Shown here: piece by piece, positions 51,866 through 62,095 of the stretch
Layout of the letters: each line of letters starts with the position of its first letter
How positions within the stretch are numbered: position 1 is the first letter of the stretch
NCBI GenBank assembly: GCA_039818205.1
Contig: JBCBUK010000006.1
Coordinates: 64,001-128,000, forward strand
Direction of reading: 5' to 3'
Source of the DNA: Verrucomicrobiota bacterium
GTDB taxonomy: Bacteria; Verrucomicrobiota; Verrucomicrobiia; Opitutales; Cerasicoccaceae
DNA: 64,000 nt
The notes under the pieces: model-generated
What the model saw: only the letters and a program-made list of their open reading frames with translations
Told to the model about the DNA's origin: nothing
Databases searched by the model: none
Translations under genes and position numbers: made by a program

Positions 51866-53185
51866 TCAGGAACGGCGTTTGAGGAGTTCCGGGTGCTTCT
51901 TGACCAGAGATACGATCTCGGCGGGTGGGCGGCCATTTTGGTATAACTGGGCCATCAACTTCATCGCCGGATCAATGTGATTAAAAAACTTGAGGTAAGC
52001 GGCGCACAGATAGTTGAGCCCGTACTCACCATCGTTAGTCCAAGTAAACCGATGCTTCGGGCATTCGCCGTTGCAGGCAAAGCGTACGTCGCATTCGACG
52101 CATTGCTTGGGCAGAGTTGTTTTCTTCTCTTGGCCAAAGGTTTGCATTGCCTCGCTGTCAACGATGGCACCGAGCGATTGATTCAGCACATTACCGACTT
52201 TGTAGCGCGGGTAGACGTAGTGGTCGCAGGCATAAACATCGCCATTGTGTTCCATGGCCATGGCGCGCCCGCAAGTCTCGCTAAAGATGCACATGCCTCC
52301 GGGGATGTTGAGCCACTTGCCCAGTGCCATATCAATGATTTGGACAAAGGTTTTGCCGACATCTCGCGTGACCCAGCGATCAAAGACTGAGCAAAGAAAC
52401 GTTCCATACTTATGTGGGTCAACGCTCCATTCGGTCATGATTGGTGCACGCTTCTCTGGTGGAGGCTGGTCAAAGCGTGGCGGGTGGGCCAGCTGCAAAC
52501 CGATGTCTTTGGAATTTTTATCGGGTAGGCGCTCAACGATCGGGATAAACTGTAAGAAACCCGAACCGATGTTGCGAAGAAACTTATAGACTTCGAGTGG
52601 TTGGTCAACGTTGCCAGCGTGCACGCAGGTCAAGGTATTGAACTCTACTTTAAATTTCTTGCAGAGTTCGATTCCACGCATCACTTGCGAATAGGTGGAG
52701 CCACCTTTTTTATCGACGCGGTAGCGATTGTGCAGTTTTTCGGGACCATCGATACTGATGCCTAATAGGAAGTTTTCATCGTGCAGGAAACGGCACCAAT
52801 CTTCATCGAGTAAGGTGCCGTTAGTTTGCAGCGCATTTTCGATAACCCGACCCTGCGCATACTTCTTTTGTAGCTCGCGAACGCGCTGGAAAAACGTCAC
52901 CCCCATCAATGTGGGTTCACCGCCTTGCCAGGCGAAGGTAACGGTTTGTTCGGGTTGAGATTCGATGTACCCCTTGACGTAAGCTTCGAGCGCTTCATCG
53001 CTCATTCGGAAGCGTTCGTTGGCCGCAAAGAGATTTTCTTTTTCTAGGTAAAAACAATACTCACAATCAAGATTGCATAAGGGCCCAATGGGCTTGGTCA
53101 TCACATGGAATGGTGCCTGTGCAACCGAGGCAGCCGGCCCGGCGGTGAGATGGCTACTGCTGGGGCTGGCTGGGCTGCTGCTCAT
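51866..53185 (-). CDS. Anaerobic sulfatase maturase (radical SAM/SPASM)
   Basis: KPIGPLCNLDCEYCFY, WQGGEP, QTNG, YACDHYV, C..C.....CNGECPKHR; start taken at ATG 53185. Confidence 0.93.
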   Translation of the reverse strand: MSSSPASPSSSHLTAGPAASVAQAPFHVMTKPIGPLCNLDCEYCFYLEKENLFAANERFRMSDEALEAYVKGYIESQPEQTVTFAWQGGEPTLMGVTFFQRVRELQKKYAQGRVIENALQTNGTLLDEDWCRFLHDENFLLGISIDGPEKLHNRYRVDKKGGSTYSQVMRGIELCKKFKVEFNTLTCVHAGNVDQPLEVYKFLRNIGSGFLQFIPIVERLPDKNSKDIGLQLAHPPRFDQPPPEKRAPIMTEWSVDPHKYGTFLCSVFDRWVTRDVGKTFVQIIDMALGKWLNIPGGMCIFSETCGRAMAMEHNGDVYACDHYVYPRYKVGNVLNQSLGAIVDSEAMQTFGQEKKTTLPKQCVECDVRFACNGECPKHRFTWTNDGEYGLNYLCAAYLKFFNHIDPAMKLMAQLYQNGRPPAEIVSLVKKHPELLKRRS

Positions 53186-56100
53186 TCGTTTGTTGCTGCT
53201 GCTGCTGTTGTTGGGCGCCTTGATTAAGAATGCCTTGGAGCAGGCCGCCAAATGCCCGAACAGCCTTTTGCTCGTCGTTCTGGGGCTCGGTCGTTTCTCC
53301 GTTCGCGTTGTTCGATGTTTCGTCGCCGCCCGTAACAATGCCGCTGGCGGAATGAGCGGCACCGCCGACAATGCCACCAACGATATTGGTCGCATTGCTA
53401 AGAAGCGCGTTGGCCAGGCTGGAATAGTAGTCCGGCTTGCTGAGCGTTCCTGTGATGGGAAACTTGAACCCGGCCTGGTAACCGTCACTATCCCGCTCAC
53501 TGCCAGCTAGCTTGAGTTCGTTCATGAGATCCGACTGTTTTCCTTTGGTCCAAAGCTGGGTTTGGATGACCATCGGTTGATCGGGGATCGGCACATTTTC
53601 TTGATAGGTAATCAAGCCCGTGCCCTTGAACTTGAGTTCGTTGCTTGGGCTGTAAAGTAGGAACTCTTTCAAGTTGATGTTTAAGTCTTTCTCGCGGAGC
53701 GCTTCAAAAGAGATCAATTCATATTTTATCTCTTCGCTAATCGCCTTGAGCAGTCCATTGACTGACTGCAGTCCGGGGTTGTCGTTGATGGCATTGACTC
53801 CAGCGAGTTGGGCGATGCTTCCCGCAAGCCCAAGCCCTGTTGAGGTCAAATTGGTAACCGCGCTTACTGGGGTGCCCTTGGAGCGAACCACACCAGGGCC
53901 GCCTTTGATATTCAGGTCGAACATTACCGTTTCGCTAATGCGACCGAGGCTTGGCGCCTCACCATTTGCGGCACCGTTGAATGTGAACTCACCGGTGACG
54001 GCGGAGTCCTTCGGATTGTTTGTGCTGGAAAGCAGGCTGCCGATCTCAAGCTTCTGCAAATCGATGCTTGAATCCAACAGGTACGGCTTCGGGTTTCCTG
54101 CGCGAAAATCGATAATGGCTTTTCCATTGATCGGCGCACCGTTGAGTTGGGCAGTAAGCGGCGTCAACCTTAGTGACTCGTCGGTGATGTTAAGCTGTGC
54201 GTCGAGCTGCTTGAGTTCATTGGATCCAAGATAAACGGTTTCAAATGCGAGAACGGCTTTACCCACTTGGCCATGCCAGGCGGCAACTTCGTCGGGCCCG
54301 TCGTTGGCCGAGCTCGCGGTTGTCGTTGGCGTTTGCTTGGTCGCCTTTGCGGGTTCGCTTTTTTGGTAGTTCGGATTCTTAAACGCCTTGGACAAAAACT
54401 GTAGGTCATCGACCGCTAAGGTTTGCCCAGTTAGGCTGACATCGAATTGATTGACGCCTTGGGTGCGGTCAAACTTCGTGACCATTGTGGCGTCGCTGTT
54501 GTGTTTGCTACCTTGAATTTTCAACGGACCCTGAATGTCGATCTTGTCGGCCCCATCGACGACACCTTTGATGCCAAGACTTGCGCTACGCAATTGATCA
54601 AAGGATTGTTTAAGCGTGAGGTTGCTCAAGGAGAGCGAGGAGTCGATCGCCATCCCAGAGCTATGCGGCTGAGCGCTGGCACTAAGGCTGTAGGAGCCAC
54701 CGGCTAGGCCGTGGTAAGGTTCCATGATTGGTTGGCTTTGAAGCTGAGCCAGGTCACCTTGAATGCGGAGCGTTGCTGTGGTGCTCTCAGCGGCATTATC
54801 CATGTTTGTTTTCACGTCAAGCTCACCCGCGAGCAAGGTCTTGCTCCCGTTGGTCATTTGAACGTTGGTCAATTGGACATCAACCTGTTTACCATTGATA
54901 GCCAGGTTGGGTTGGAGGTTGATGGTCACCGCCTGCAAGATGGGTTTGCCGTTTTGAACAACTGATAAATTGCCGAGTGACCACGGTGAACTAGAAGCCA
55001 GGGAAAAGGCATCGGTGCTGCTGGCACTAAGGGTCGCACTAGCGGAAATATCGTCTCCGCTCAGGTCGACATTGGGAACAAAGGGCGTGAGCCATTCAAT
55101 TGGCAGGTTGGCGAGCGAGATGGCTAGGAGTTCGCCTGAGGCGCCATCGAGTTTAATGCCACCATCGCCGGTCTTGATCGCAAACGGCTTCTTCAACACT
55201 ATTTCGACGAGCTTGCGTCCCCGGCTGGTTTCGAAATCCGCGGTTAGAGCGTCGAGCTTTGTTTGCCCGGGAGTCATCTCGGCCTTTAGTTTCGCATCCA
55301 ATGTTCCCGAGCCAATCGATGCGAGTTCGGGTTTCCAACTCGCCAGGTCGCGCAGCTCGAGTGCGAGACTCCCGCCGGCCACAATCTTTTCTTCGCTATT
55401 GTTCAGCGAAAACTCCTCGCTCATTGCCACAGTAAAATCGGGCAAGTCCGTATTCATCAGAAAGGGAGCGAGGTCGGCTCGGCTAAGCTTCGCTTTCAGG
55501 GTGCCTTCAATGCCGTCCTTGGCAGAGCTGTATTCGGCATTTATTGCTGCGATTTGCTTGTTATTGCTGCTAACCGTCAACTGGTAGACTTCGGAATCCG
55601 CCTTGTGCTCGGCGGTTGCGGCGAGCGACATTGCCGCTGGGCTGCTAAGCGTGCCACCACTTGCATTGATATCGGTGTTCAAGGTGATTCGGTCGAGGCG
55701 TTGCTCGGCAGTCTGATTCAAAGTCAGCACCGCTTTGATCGCGAGCAGCGCGGCGGCGGCATCCGGCGCTTGATTTTGAATCTGGCTCTCCAGTTCGATT
55801 TTTCCTTCTTGGCCAGGTGCGATCGAACCACCGGTCACCTTGAAGTCTTGCTCCATCTCGGGCAGTAACAGTTTTCCATCAACGGCCACGGTTCCGACGT
55901 AGACCTTGGCTGGAATTTCGGCGTTCTCAAAGATGCCTTTAAACTCGGGAAATCCACCGTCCTGCTTTTCTTTGGGAGCTTCGTCGGTGGACGGCGTCGC
56001 TGGCTTCCGGTTGCGCAGGTCGACTACCAATCCGCTGACTTTCAGGTCATCAATATGTACCTCCTTGGTGAAGACGAGGTCCCAAAGCGAATACTGCATA

Positions 56101-56336
56101 TCCAGGCTCCCCAACTCGATGATGGTTCCGTCCTGCGTCACGCTTAGTCCAGTAACGGTCACGTTTGAGGGACCCGCTTTCAAGGTATCGACTTCTACCT
56201 TTTCGGCCTTGTCTTCCATTACGCTGAGGAAGATCGACTTTTGCATGCCTGGACGGGTTACGGTTACCGCTGCGATTGCGAGCAGAACGGCAACGAGGAT
56301 GACAAGTATCAGCAGGTATTTGAAAAGTTTTTTCAT
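53154..56336 (-). CDS. AsmA-family (bridge-like beta-taco) envelope protein
   Basis: N-terminal TM anchor, ~1000 aa beta-rich body, C-terminal FPITGTLSKPD. Confidence 0.7.
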   Translation of the reverse strand: MKKLFKYLLILVILVAVLLAIAAVTVTRPGMQKSIFLSVMEDKAEKVEVDTLKAGPSNVTVTGLSVTQDGTIIELGSLDMQYSLWDLVFTKEVHIDDLKVSGLVVDLRNRKPATPSTDEAPKEKQDGGFPEFKGIFENAEIPAKVYVGTVAVDGKLLLPEMEQDFKVTGGSIAPGQEGKIELESQIQNQAPDAAAALLAIKAVLTLNQTAEQRLDRITLNTDINASGGTLSSPAAMSLAATAEHKADSEVYQLTVSSNNKQIAAINAEYSSAKDGIEGTLKAKLSRADLAPFLMNTDLPDFTVAMSEEFSLNNSEEKIVAGGSLALELRDLASWKPELASIGSGTLDAKLKAEMTPGQTKLDALTADFETSRGRKLVEIVLKKPFAIKTGDGGIKLDGASGELLAISLANLPIEWLTPFVPNVDLSGDDISASATLSASSTDAFSLASSSPWSLGNLSVVQNGKPILQAVTINLQPNLAINGKQVDVQLTNVQMTNGSKTLLAGELDVKTNMDNAAESTTATLRIQGDLAQLQSQPIMEPYHGLAGGSYSLSASAQPHSSGMAIDSSLSLSNLTLKQSFDQLRSASLGIKGVVDGADKIDIQGPLKIQGSKHNSDATMVTKFDRTQGVNQFDVSLTGQTLAVDDLQFLSKAFKNPNYQKSEPAKATKQTPTTTASSANDGPDEVAAWHGQVGKAVLAFETVYLGSNELKQLDAQLNITDESLRLTPLTAQLNGAPINGKAIIDFRAGNPKPYLLDSSIDLQKLEIGSLLSSTNNPKDSAVTGEFTFNGAANGEAPSLGRISETVMFDLNIKGGPGVVRSKGTPVSAVTNLTSTGLGLAGSIAQLAGVNAINDNPGLQSVNGLLKAISEEIKYELISFEALREKDLNINLKEFLLYSPSNELKFKGTGLITYQENVPIPDQPMVIQTQLWTKGKQSDLMNELKLAGSERDSDGYQAGFKFPITGTLSKPDYYSSLANALLSNATNIVGGIVGGAAHSASGIVTGGDETSNNANGETTEPQNDEQKAVRAFGGLLQGILNQGAQQQQQQQQTNEQQPSQPQQ

Positions 56337-56417
56337 GGGATGCTTGGTTGTGTGGTAGGCAAATACGGTAAGCGAGCTTAGCCGCCGAAACAAGCGAAAG
56401 CGGGGGAATTATATTCC

Positions 56418-57608
56418 CTACAGTCCCTGGTTGAAAAACCGCTGGAGTGCACCCTGGAGCAGCCCATTGCAGCGGGGCTGCTGGCGATCAGTGACGCCAG
56501 CCTCACGCAGGAACTGGAGAACGACCTCCGGACCATCGCCAATGAACCAATGGTGCCAGGTGCCAAATAGGTCTCGGTCGCTATCAACCGACAGGAGTGG
56601 CAGAAAGGCGTCAACGGTGAGGGTATCCAATCGTGGGCCTGAGACGGTGCCAGCAAATACGGTTTCAGCCAGCCCGTTTCGTCGTTGGGTAAATGCCAAG
56701 GCGCGTCGGGTTGACCCACTGGGTTCATCGGGATCCGCCTTCTCGGTCCAGCCATGGGACCATTCTTTCAGGGCCTCAGGCCAGTCGTGATTTGCCTGAA
56801 GGATTTGCGTGTATTGGTGAAGGCGCTTCCGCGGATGATTCGCAGGTCTTAAGCCGCTAAGTTTCCATTGTCCTGCAAGCGCGTCAAAGAGCTCATCGGG
56901 GTTGCTCTTGGCCATGTCCCGAATTGGAAAACGCTCCGCCAGTGCGTTCATTGGCGCGCGATTGCGTCGGTAGCCGAGCACCTCGAGCATAGCTTGGTGA
57001 CACGCTTCTCGCCAACCCAGGCGCTCCAAACGCTGTCGGGCATATGTTCGTTTTTGTTGCCAACGCCGGAAAGAGAGATCTCGCAGCTCCACATAGCGGG
57101 CTTCTGGCGACAGGCTCAGGTAGAATTCGAGGAGGTCCACGTGGTCTCGACGCTCCAGAGCGAGCAACGCATCGTCGGAGGCGTAGGATTCGAGATCGCG
57201 ATTGAGGTAGGGGAGCAGAACCAACGTCTCCGGGCGACTGCCCAGGGCGGTAAATGCCGGACGCGATTGATCCTCGAACACAACCACGTGCAAGACAACG
57301 CGGCCAAAGTTGGGATCGGCCTCGTGCTCATGATCGAACCAATCGTTGGGATAAAAGTGGATCTCGACATCGCCATCGACCCGCTCGCCGTCGATCTCCA
57401 ACACCGCATCGCGAAAGTCGGGACCTTCCTGTAAATTCCATTGGCCAGGACGGATCACCTGGATGGCGCGTCCGGACGTTGTGCGGAGCTGGTTCCGGGC
57501 GAAGTCCTGACGCAGCCAGATGCGTTGGACGACTCGCTCAGAAATGGTGATCGGTCCAAATTCTCCGGGGATCTCTGAAAGTTCACAACTGGGTAGCTTA
57601 GCGGTCAT
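56418..57608 (-). CDS. DUF2851 family protein
   Basis: PGQWN..EGPDF, GDVEIH, W..H.H..DPNF..VVLHVV, RPANHP..R. Confidence 0.85.
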   Translation of the reverse strand: MTAKLPSCELSEIPGEFGPITISERVVQRIWLRQDFARNQLRTTSGRAIQVIRPGQWNLQEGPDFRDAVLEIDGERVDGDVEIHFYPNDWFDHEHEADPNFGRVVLHVVVFEDQSRPAFTALGSRPETLVLLPYLNRDLESYASDDALLALERRDHVDLLEFYLSLSPEARYVELRDLSFRRWQQKRTYARQRLERLGWREACHQAMLEVLGYRRNRAPMNALAERFPIRDMAKSNPDELFDALAGQWKLSGLRPANHPRKRLHQYTQILQANHDWPEALKEWSHGWTEKADPDEPSGSTRRALAFTQRRNGLAETVFAGTVSGPRLDTLTVDAFLPLLSVDSDRDLFGTWHHWFIGDGPEVVLQFLREAGVTDRQQPRCNGLLQGALQRFFNQGL

Positions 57609-57728
57609 CGATATTGTGAATTGAATTGAGTTGGATGATTGATATCCATTGGCCGTGATTGAAAATACACAAGGCTCAATTTGGAATGCGAATTGCATTG
57701 GGTGAGCTGATTAATCAATAAACCGACT

Positions 57729-58892
57729 ATGGAAAACCTATCCGAAGAGTTCCTGGGCAACCAGATTTGGCGCTACCTAGCCGCCTTGGCCTGCATCTTT
57801 GTGGGATACCTTTGCGGGAAAATTGCCCAGTTTTTGTTATCTAAACTGAGTAAGAAGCGCATGGATCGCAAACCTGACTCGATGCGTGCGGTTTTCTACC
57901 AGGTTGTCAGCGAGGGTGCGTCAACGGTTATCCTGGCGATTTCGGTTCGCCCCGCGGTGGAGTTCATCGTCTTTCAGGGGAATATTGAGAACATTGCGGA
58001 TATGGCCGCGTCGATTCTCATCATCATGGCCTTTGCCTTGTTATCGCTCAAGTTGGTGGAGGTGCCGATGTTCGCAGTGCGCCGGCACGCCCAGCGCTCC
58101 GACACCCGGATTGACCCAATGCTGGTGCCGCTGATCGGGCGCACCTTGCGCGTGGTGATCTTGATCTACGCCATCTTGCAGACATTCCAGATCATCAGCG
58201 GTAAAGACATGACTACGATCCTGGCCGGATTGGGCATTGCCAGTCTGGCCTTTGGCTTGGCTGCGCAGGAGAGCATTGGCAATTTGTTTGGCGCGATATT
58301 CCTGTTCACGAACAAGCCGTTCGAAATCGGAGAACGCTGTAACATCGACGGGCACGACGGGGTCATCAAAGAGATGGGGCTCACCTGCACGCGAATGGAA
58401 CGCCTTGACGGACATTTGGTAACCATTCCCAATGGCCAACTTTACAAGAAGACGATCCACAATATCGGTCGGCGGCCGTTCATCCGGCGGATCATGCATG
58501 TGACGATCACCTATGACACGAAGCCGGAAAAAATTGATGAGGCCGTAAATATTCTGCGGGACCTCATGGCTTACCGCGAGGACGACCCAGAAACAGCCCT
58601 GAATAAGTCCATCAACCAGGGCGATTTGCTTCCGCGGGTATATTTTAATGAGTTCAATGCCGATTCGCTGAACATCATCTGCATCTATTGGTTTCAGCCG
58701 CCAGCCTACTGGGACTATCTTGAGCATAGCCAGTGGTTGAACATTCGCATTATTCGTGCCTTCAACGAGGCCGGCATCGATTTTGCGTTCCCATCGCAAA
58801 CCGTATACCTCGCCGGCGATGAGCGGCGCCCGATCAATCTACCCGGTCTCGAGAATTTGCCGTCTGACCCGAGCGGACTGCCTAAAGGCTAA
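57729..58892 (+). CDS. MscS family mechanosensitive channel
   Basis: GLAAQESIGN, KPFEIG, IPN, FAFPSQT. Confidence 0.93.
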   Translation: MENLSEEFLGNQIWRYLAALACIFVGYLCGKIAQFLLSKLSKKRMDRKPDSMRAVFYQVVSEGASTVILAISVRPAVEFIVFQGNIENIADMAASILIIMAFALLSLKLVEVPMFAVRRHAQRSDTRIDPMLVPLIGRTLRVVILIYAILQTFQIISGKDMTTILAGLGIASLAFGLAAQESIGNLFGAIFLFTNKPFEIGERCNIDGHDGVIKEMGLTCTRMERLDGHLVTIPNGQLYKKTIHNIGRRPFIRRIMHVTITYDTKPEKIDEAVNILRDLMAYREDDPETALNKSINQGDLLPRVYFNEFNADSLNIICIYWFQPPAYWDYLEHSQWLNIRIIRAFNEAGIDFAFPSQTVYLAGDERRPINLPGLENLPSDPSGLPKG

Positions 58893-58912
58893 GTCGAAGC
58901 GGTTTAATCTAG

Positions 58913-58987
58913 ATGCAAACAAGTTGCATTTAGGCCTTGCTTGTGGTTAGAGTCGCTTTAGAAATTAATGCAAATGAATTGCAATAA
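58913..58987. promoter_or_regulatory. Two TGCAA-N5-TTGCA palindromes (Mur/Zur-like boxes)
   Basis: ATGCAA-ACAAG-TTGCAT (58913-58929) and TTAATGCAA-ATGAA-TTGCAATAA (58965-58987). Confidence 0.65.
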
Positions 58988-59681
58988 TCGTCAGTCGGCC
59001 TTCACCTTGATCGAGCTTCTTTCGGTCATTGCTGTGGTGTCGGTCCTGTTTGCGATTAGTGCAGCGGTGTACGGGCAGGCGCGCCAGAAAGCGGAGGAGG
59101 CGACCTGTGCTTCTAATATGCGCCAGCTTGGTCAGGCGATGCATCTCCATGCAAACGAGCATGCGGGCGAGTTTCCGTTGACGATGCACACGCTCCAGGA
59201 TGTCAAACAAAGCTGGATTTATACACTGGAAGAATATTTGGGGGACATCGATCAGATCCGCATTTGCCCAGCCGACCCGCAAGGCGAGGAGCGGATGGAG
59301 CGCAAGCTGACGAGCTATGTTCTCAACGAGTACCTTTTCGTCCCAGCCGTCGATCCATTTGGCCAGCCGATTGGGAACAGTTACAGCAATCTGTTCACAC
59401 TTGCCCATCCGTCAAAAACTCAGATGGCCTACATCATCAGTGACAATAGTTCCCTGGGTGTGAGCTCAGACCACACGCACTCACGTAGTTGGTCGAGCTG
59501 GTCAAACGTGATGCGGGATATCCAGCCGAACCGTTTTTCCGCCAGCGTGCCGAGTGGCGACGGCATGAATGGCAGTGCGAATTATTTATATGCCGATGGG
59601 CACGTTGAATCAATGACTGCCCAGGAATTTCGGGACCAATTTAGTGGCGGAATCAACCCCGCTGATCCAGCACAATTATAA
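58968..59681 (+). CDS. Prepilin-type N-terminal cleavage/methylation protein with H-X9-DG-type C-terminus
   Basis: AFTLIELLSVIAV, CASNMRQLG, CPAD, SY..N, DHTHS, ANYLYADGHV. Confidence 0.9.
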   Translation: MQMNCNNRQSAFTLIELLSVIAVVSVLFAISAAVYGQARQKAEEATCASNMRQLGQAMHLHANEHAGEFPLTMHTLQDVKQSWIYTLEEYLGDIDQIRICPADPQGEERMERKLTSYVLNEYLFVPAVDPFGQPIGNSYSNLFTLAHPSKTQMAYIISDNSSLGVSSDHTHSRSWSSWSNVMRDIQPNRFSASVPSGDGMNGSANYLYADGHVESMTAQEFRDQFSGGINPADPAQL

Positions 59682-59689
59682 CTATTAGG

Positions 59690-60403
59690 ATGATGAAAGC
59701 AAAATACTACGTAATAACTATGATTGGCGCCCTGGCGCTTCACCCCGCAAGCGCTGCACTGGAAGTACTCAGCAGCGATCACGCGGACCTCGGCGTCGGC
59801 TTCGATGGGGGCGACTGGGAACTGTTCGTTGGGCTCGACGATGAGAACGATCCAAATGCGCACATCGAGCGCGAACCCGATGAGGTCATCATTTTCGGAG
59901 ACGATAGCATTCAAGAGATCTCGGGCCAGGGAAGCTTCACCTTCTTGGGCAATGCCGGTCAACCGGTTTGGATTTTCCCACAGACCGAGAACCCAAGCGC
60001 GGTATTTCTTGGCATCGACACCGATGAAGTTGCAGCAGCCGACTTTACCGGACCAATCGACCTGACCTTGACCGGCATTACGGGTCCTGGTGACTTCGTC
60101 CTGTTTCAGTTTGATCAGTTTTTGAACCCGACGGTTCTGCTGGATTCGGCAAATGGTATCAATTCCCTCTCGGTGCCTTTGGAGTCTCATGGCCACTACA
60201 ACTGGGCATTCACCGCAGAAGGTCTTTACCAGTTGGAATTCATGGCTTCGGGCATCTTAAACGATGGATTCGACACCGCGTCCATGAGCGATGCCACCGC
60301 CTTTAACTTTGGAATTAATCAGGTGCCGGAGCCCTCGACCTATGCGCTGCTTTTCGGCGCGGCTGTTCTAGGCTTCGTTATTGCGCGTCGTCGCAAGCTC
60401 TAG
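59690..60403 (+). CDS. PEP-CTERM protein with choice-of-anchor M / actinobacterial surface-anchored-type domain
   Basis: HADLG, VWIFPQT, HGHYNWAFTAEGLY; VPEPST + TM + RRRK. Confidence 0.82.
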   Translation: MMKAKYYVITMIGALALHPASAALEVLSSDHADLGVGFDGGDWELFVGLDDENDPNAHIEREPDEVIIFGDDSIQEISGQGSFTFLGNAGQPVWIFPQTENPSAVFLGIDTDEVAAADFTGPIDLTLTGITGPGDFVLFQFDQFLNPTVLLDSANGINSLSVPLESHGHYNWAFTAEGLYQLEFMASGILNDGFDTASMSDATAFNFGINQVPEPSTYALLFGAAVLGFVIARRRKL

Positions 60404-60420
60404 GGTGAGTTGAGATGACG

Positions 60421-60460
60421 AAACCGGCAGGCGTTATGAGTTCGTCTGCCGGTTTTTATT
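60421..60460. terminator. Intrinsic terminator between convergent genes
   Basis: AAACCGGCAGGCG-loop-CGTCTGCCGGTTTTTATT. Confidence 0.85.
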
Positions 60461-60470
60461 TGTACTGGTC

Positions 60471-61205
60471 TTAGCGCTCGGCGATCAGGCAGATCCCGTT
60501 GTTGTTGGCAAAGTCTTCCCAATACTCCGCACCGTACTTTTCGATCTGCAGCGGAGGCACTTCGATGGGAGCCCACGTCACCTTGCTAAAGCCCGCAGCC
60601 TTAAAGAGTTCGTTTTGGGTGTCGCGGCTCCACTGGTAGACAGTGATTGGCTTAGTGGGACCTTCAGCCGTATGAAAAAAGCCTTCGATCTCCCATTGCT
60701 CGCCAATAAATTTCTGGCCGCTTATTTCCACACCATACTTTCCGAAATTGCTTTTGCTGATGTCGAATTCCGGGAAAAACGTTATCCCGACAAATCGGCC
60801 GCCCGGCTTTAGTTGACGGTAAACGGAATCAATCATCCCCTTGAGACAAGCGCGGTCGGGCGCATTGTTAAGCAGCCAGATTGCGGTAACCGCATCGAAC
60901 TCGCCTAGATCGGGAAGGTTGGCGCAGTCTGCGACTTGGTAGTCGATCCCCATCGGCAGCTTGGCTTCGTGCTCGCGAGCCAGGTCGATCATTCCCTCAG
61001 AGATGTCGATGCCTATCAGTTTGCCGGCTCCATGCGCTTTGATGAGGCGCGTATAGTATCCGAACCCGCAGGCTAGGTCCAAAATTGACTCACCACAGAG
61101 TTCACCCAGGTGTGAGAAAAAGTTGAAACGCTCAACCGGTTTAAAAGTCGAGTGTTTGGCGTAGCTTTCGTACTGCGCCGCAAGCTGGTCATATTGTTCG
61201 CCCAT
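60471..61205 (-). CDS. Class I SAM-dependent methyltransferase
   Basis: ILDLACGFG, GIDIS..MI, LKPGGRF. Confidence 0.9.
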   Translation of the reverse strand: MGEQYDQLAAQYESYAKHSTFKPVERFNFFSHLGELCGESILDLACGFGYYTRLIKAHGAGKLIGIDISEGMIDLAREHEAKLPMGIDYQVADCANLPDLGEFDAVTAIWLLNNAPDRACLKGMIDSVYRQLKPGGRFVGITFFPEFDISKSNFGKYGVEISGQKFIGEQWEIEGFFHTAEGPTKPITVYQWSRDTQNELFKAAGFSKVTWAPIEVPPLQIEKYGAEYWEDFANNNGICLIAER

Positions 61206-61372
61206 GCCGGTGAAGCATGGGGATCAACGCGCCAAGTGCACGATCAATCGATCGAGATGAGCAGCAGCGATGGCGGGAGGTCAATCCGTATATCTAATCT
61301 ATCAGGCAGGAGGTCAGCTGGGGAGGATAAGGTAGGCCTCCCCCGGAGAATGGGGTAACAAGCAATAGTGGA

Positions 61373-61858
61373 TCACAAGCAGTTATGCAGAAAGAGTTTT
61401 GCCTCACCGCCGGTCAGGACGATGGTCTCCCCGGGCATGCGAATTACGATGCGTTTGCGGTCGGAGGAGATGTTGGTGTCGAGCGTGTTGTAGGACGCAT
61501 ACTTCAACACGTCGCGCAGCTTGTCCCAGTAGGCAACCGTCGGCACGGTCTTGACCATCATCATGTAAAAGCCAGCGAGTGTTGCGATGAAGGTCGTCAC
61601 CAGGCAGATTGACCAGTAAGTGACAGTGGAAACCGGAAAGGCACCGTTGAAGAACCAGGCTCCAGCCAATAGGCCAAGGCCAAGCACACCTGCAAAGATC
61701 GAATTTATCTTCAAGCCCCGGTAATAATACCGCAGCGCAAGGCGTTCGATGTCGCTGGAAAGTTTCTCGGTATACTGGAAGCGAACGCGGTGGCTCGCGA
61801 AGGGGATCAAGGTGTCACTGGCGCTACCCAAGTTTAAGGAAAAGGATGGTGAACTCAT
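61373..61858 (-). CDS. Hypothetical 2-TM membrane protein
   Basis: 161-aa ORF with two hydrophobic helices. Confidence 0.65.
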   Translation of the reverse strand: MSSPSFSLNLGSASDTLIPFASHRVRFQYTEKLSSDIERLALRYYYRGLKINSIFAGVLGLGLLAGAWFFNGAFPVSTVTYWSICLVTTFIATLAGFYMMMVKTVPTVAYWDKLRDVLKYASYNTLDTNISSDRKRIVIRMPGETIVLTGGEAKLFLHNCL

Positions 61859-62095
61859 GACAACAACGATCTCATTTAAAGTTTTTCCAGTAAAGTATTT
61901 GACTTCCCAAAGCCCTTGATTTACAGCTTTTTGCAGTAATCCAGGACCCCTAGTAAGTAACTAAAGTCACTCCTTTTCAGTAAATGGGGTGAATTTCGGG
62001 TATTCGATTTTAGGTATTTTACCCGTGTAATGTATTTTTTGGGGAGTATGAAGTCCGGGGTGTCCCCCTAGGGAGACACATTGTGGCAGGGCTAA

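Noticed and set aside
53186..53500. N-terminal 105-aa extension of the sulfatase maturase
   Set aside because: Lies inside the AsmA-like CDS in another frame and is not domain-like
57685..57699. AATGCGAATTGCATT as a third Mur/Zur-like box
   Set aside because: Half-site spacing differs from the two boxes at 58913-58987
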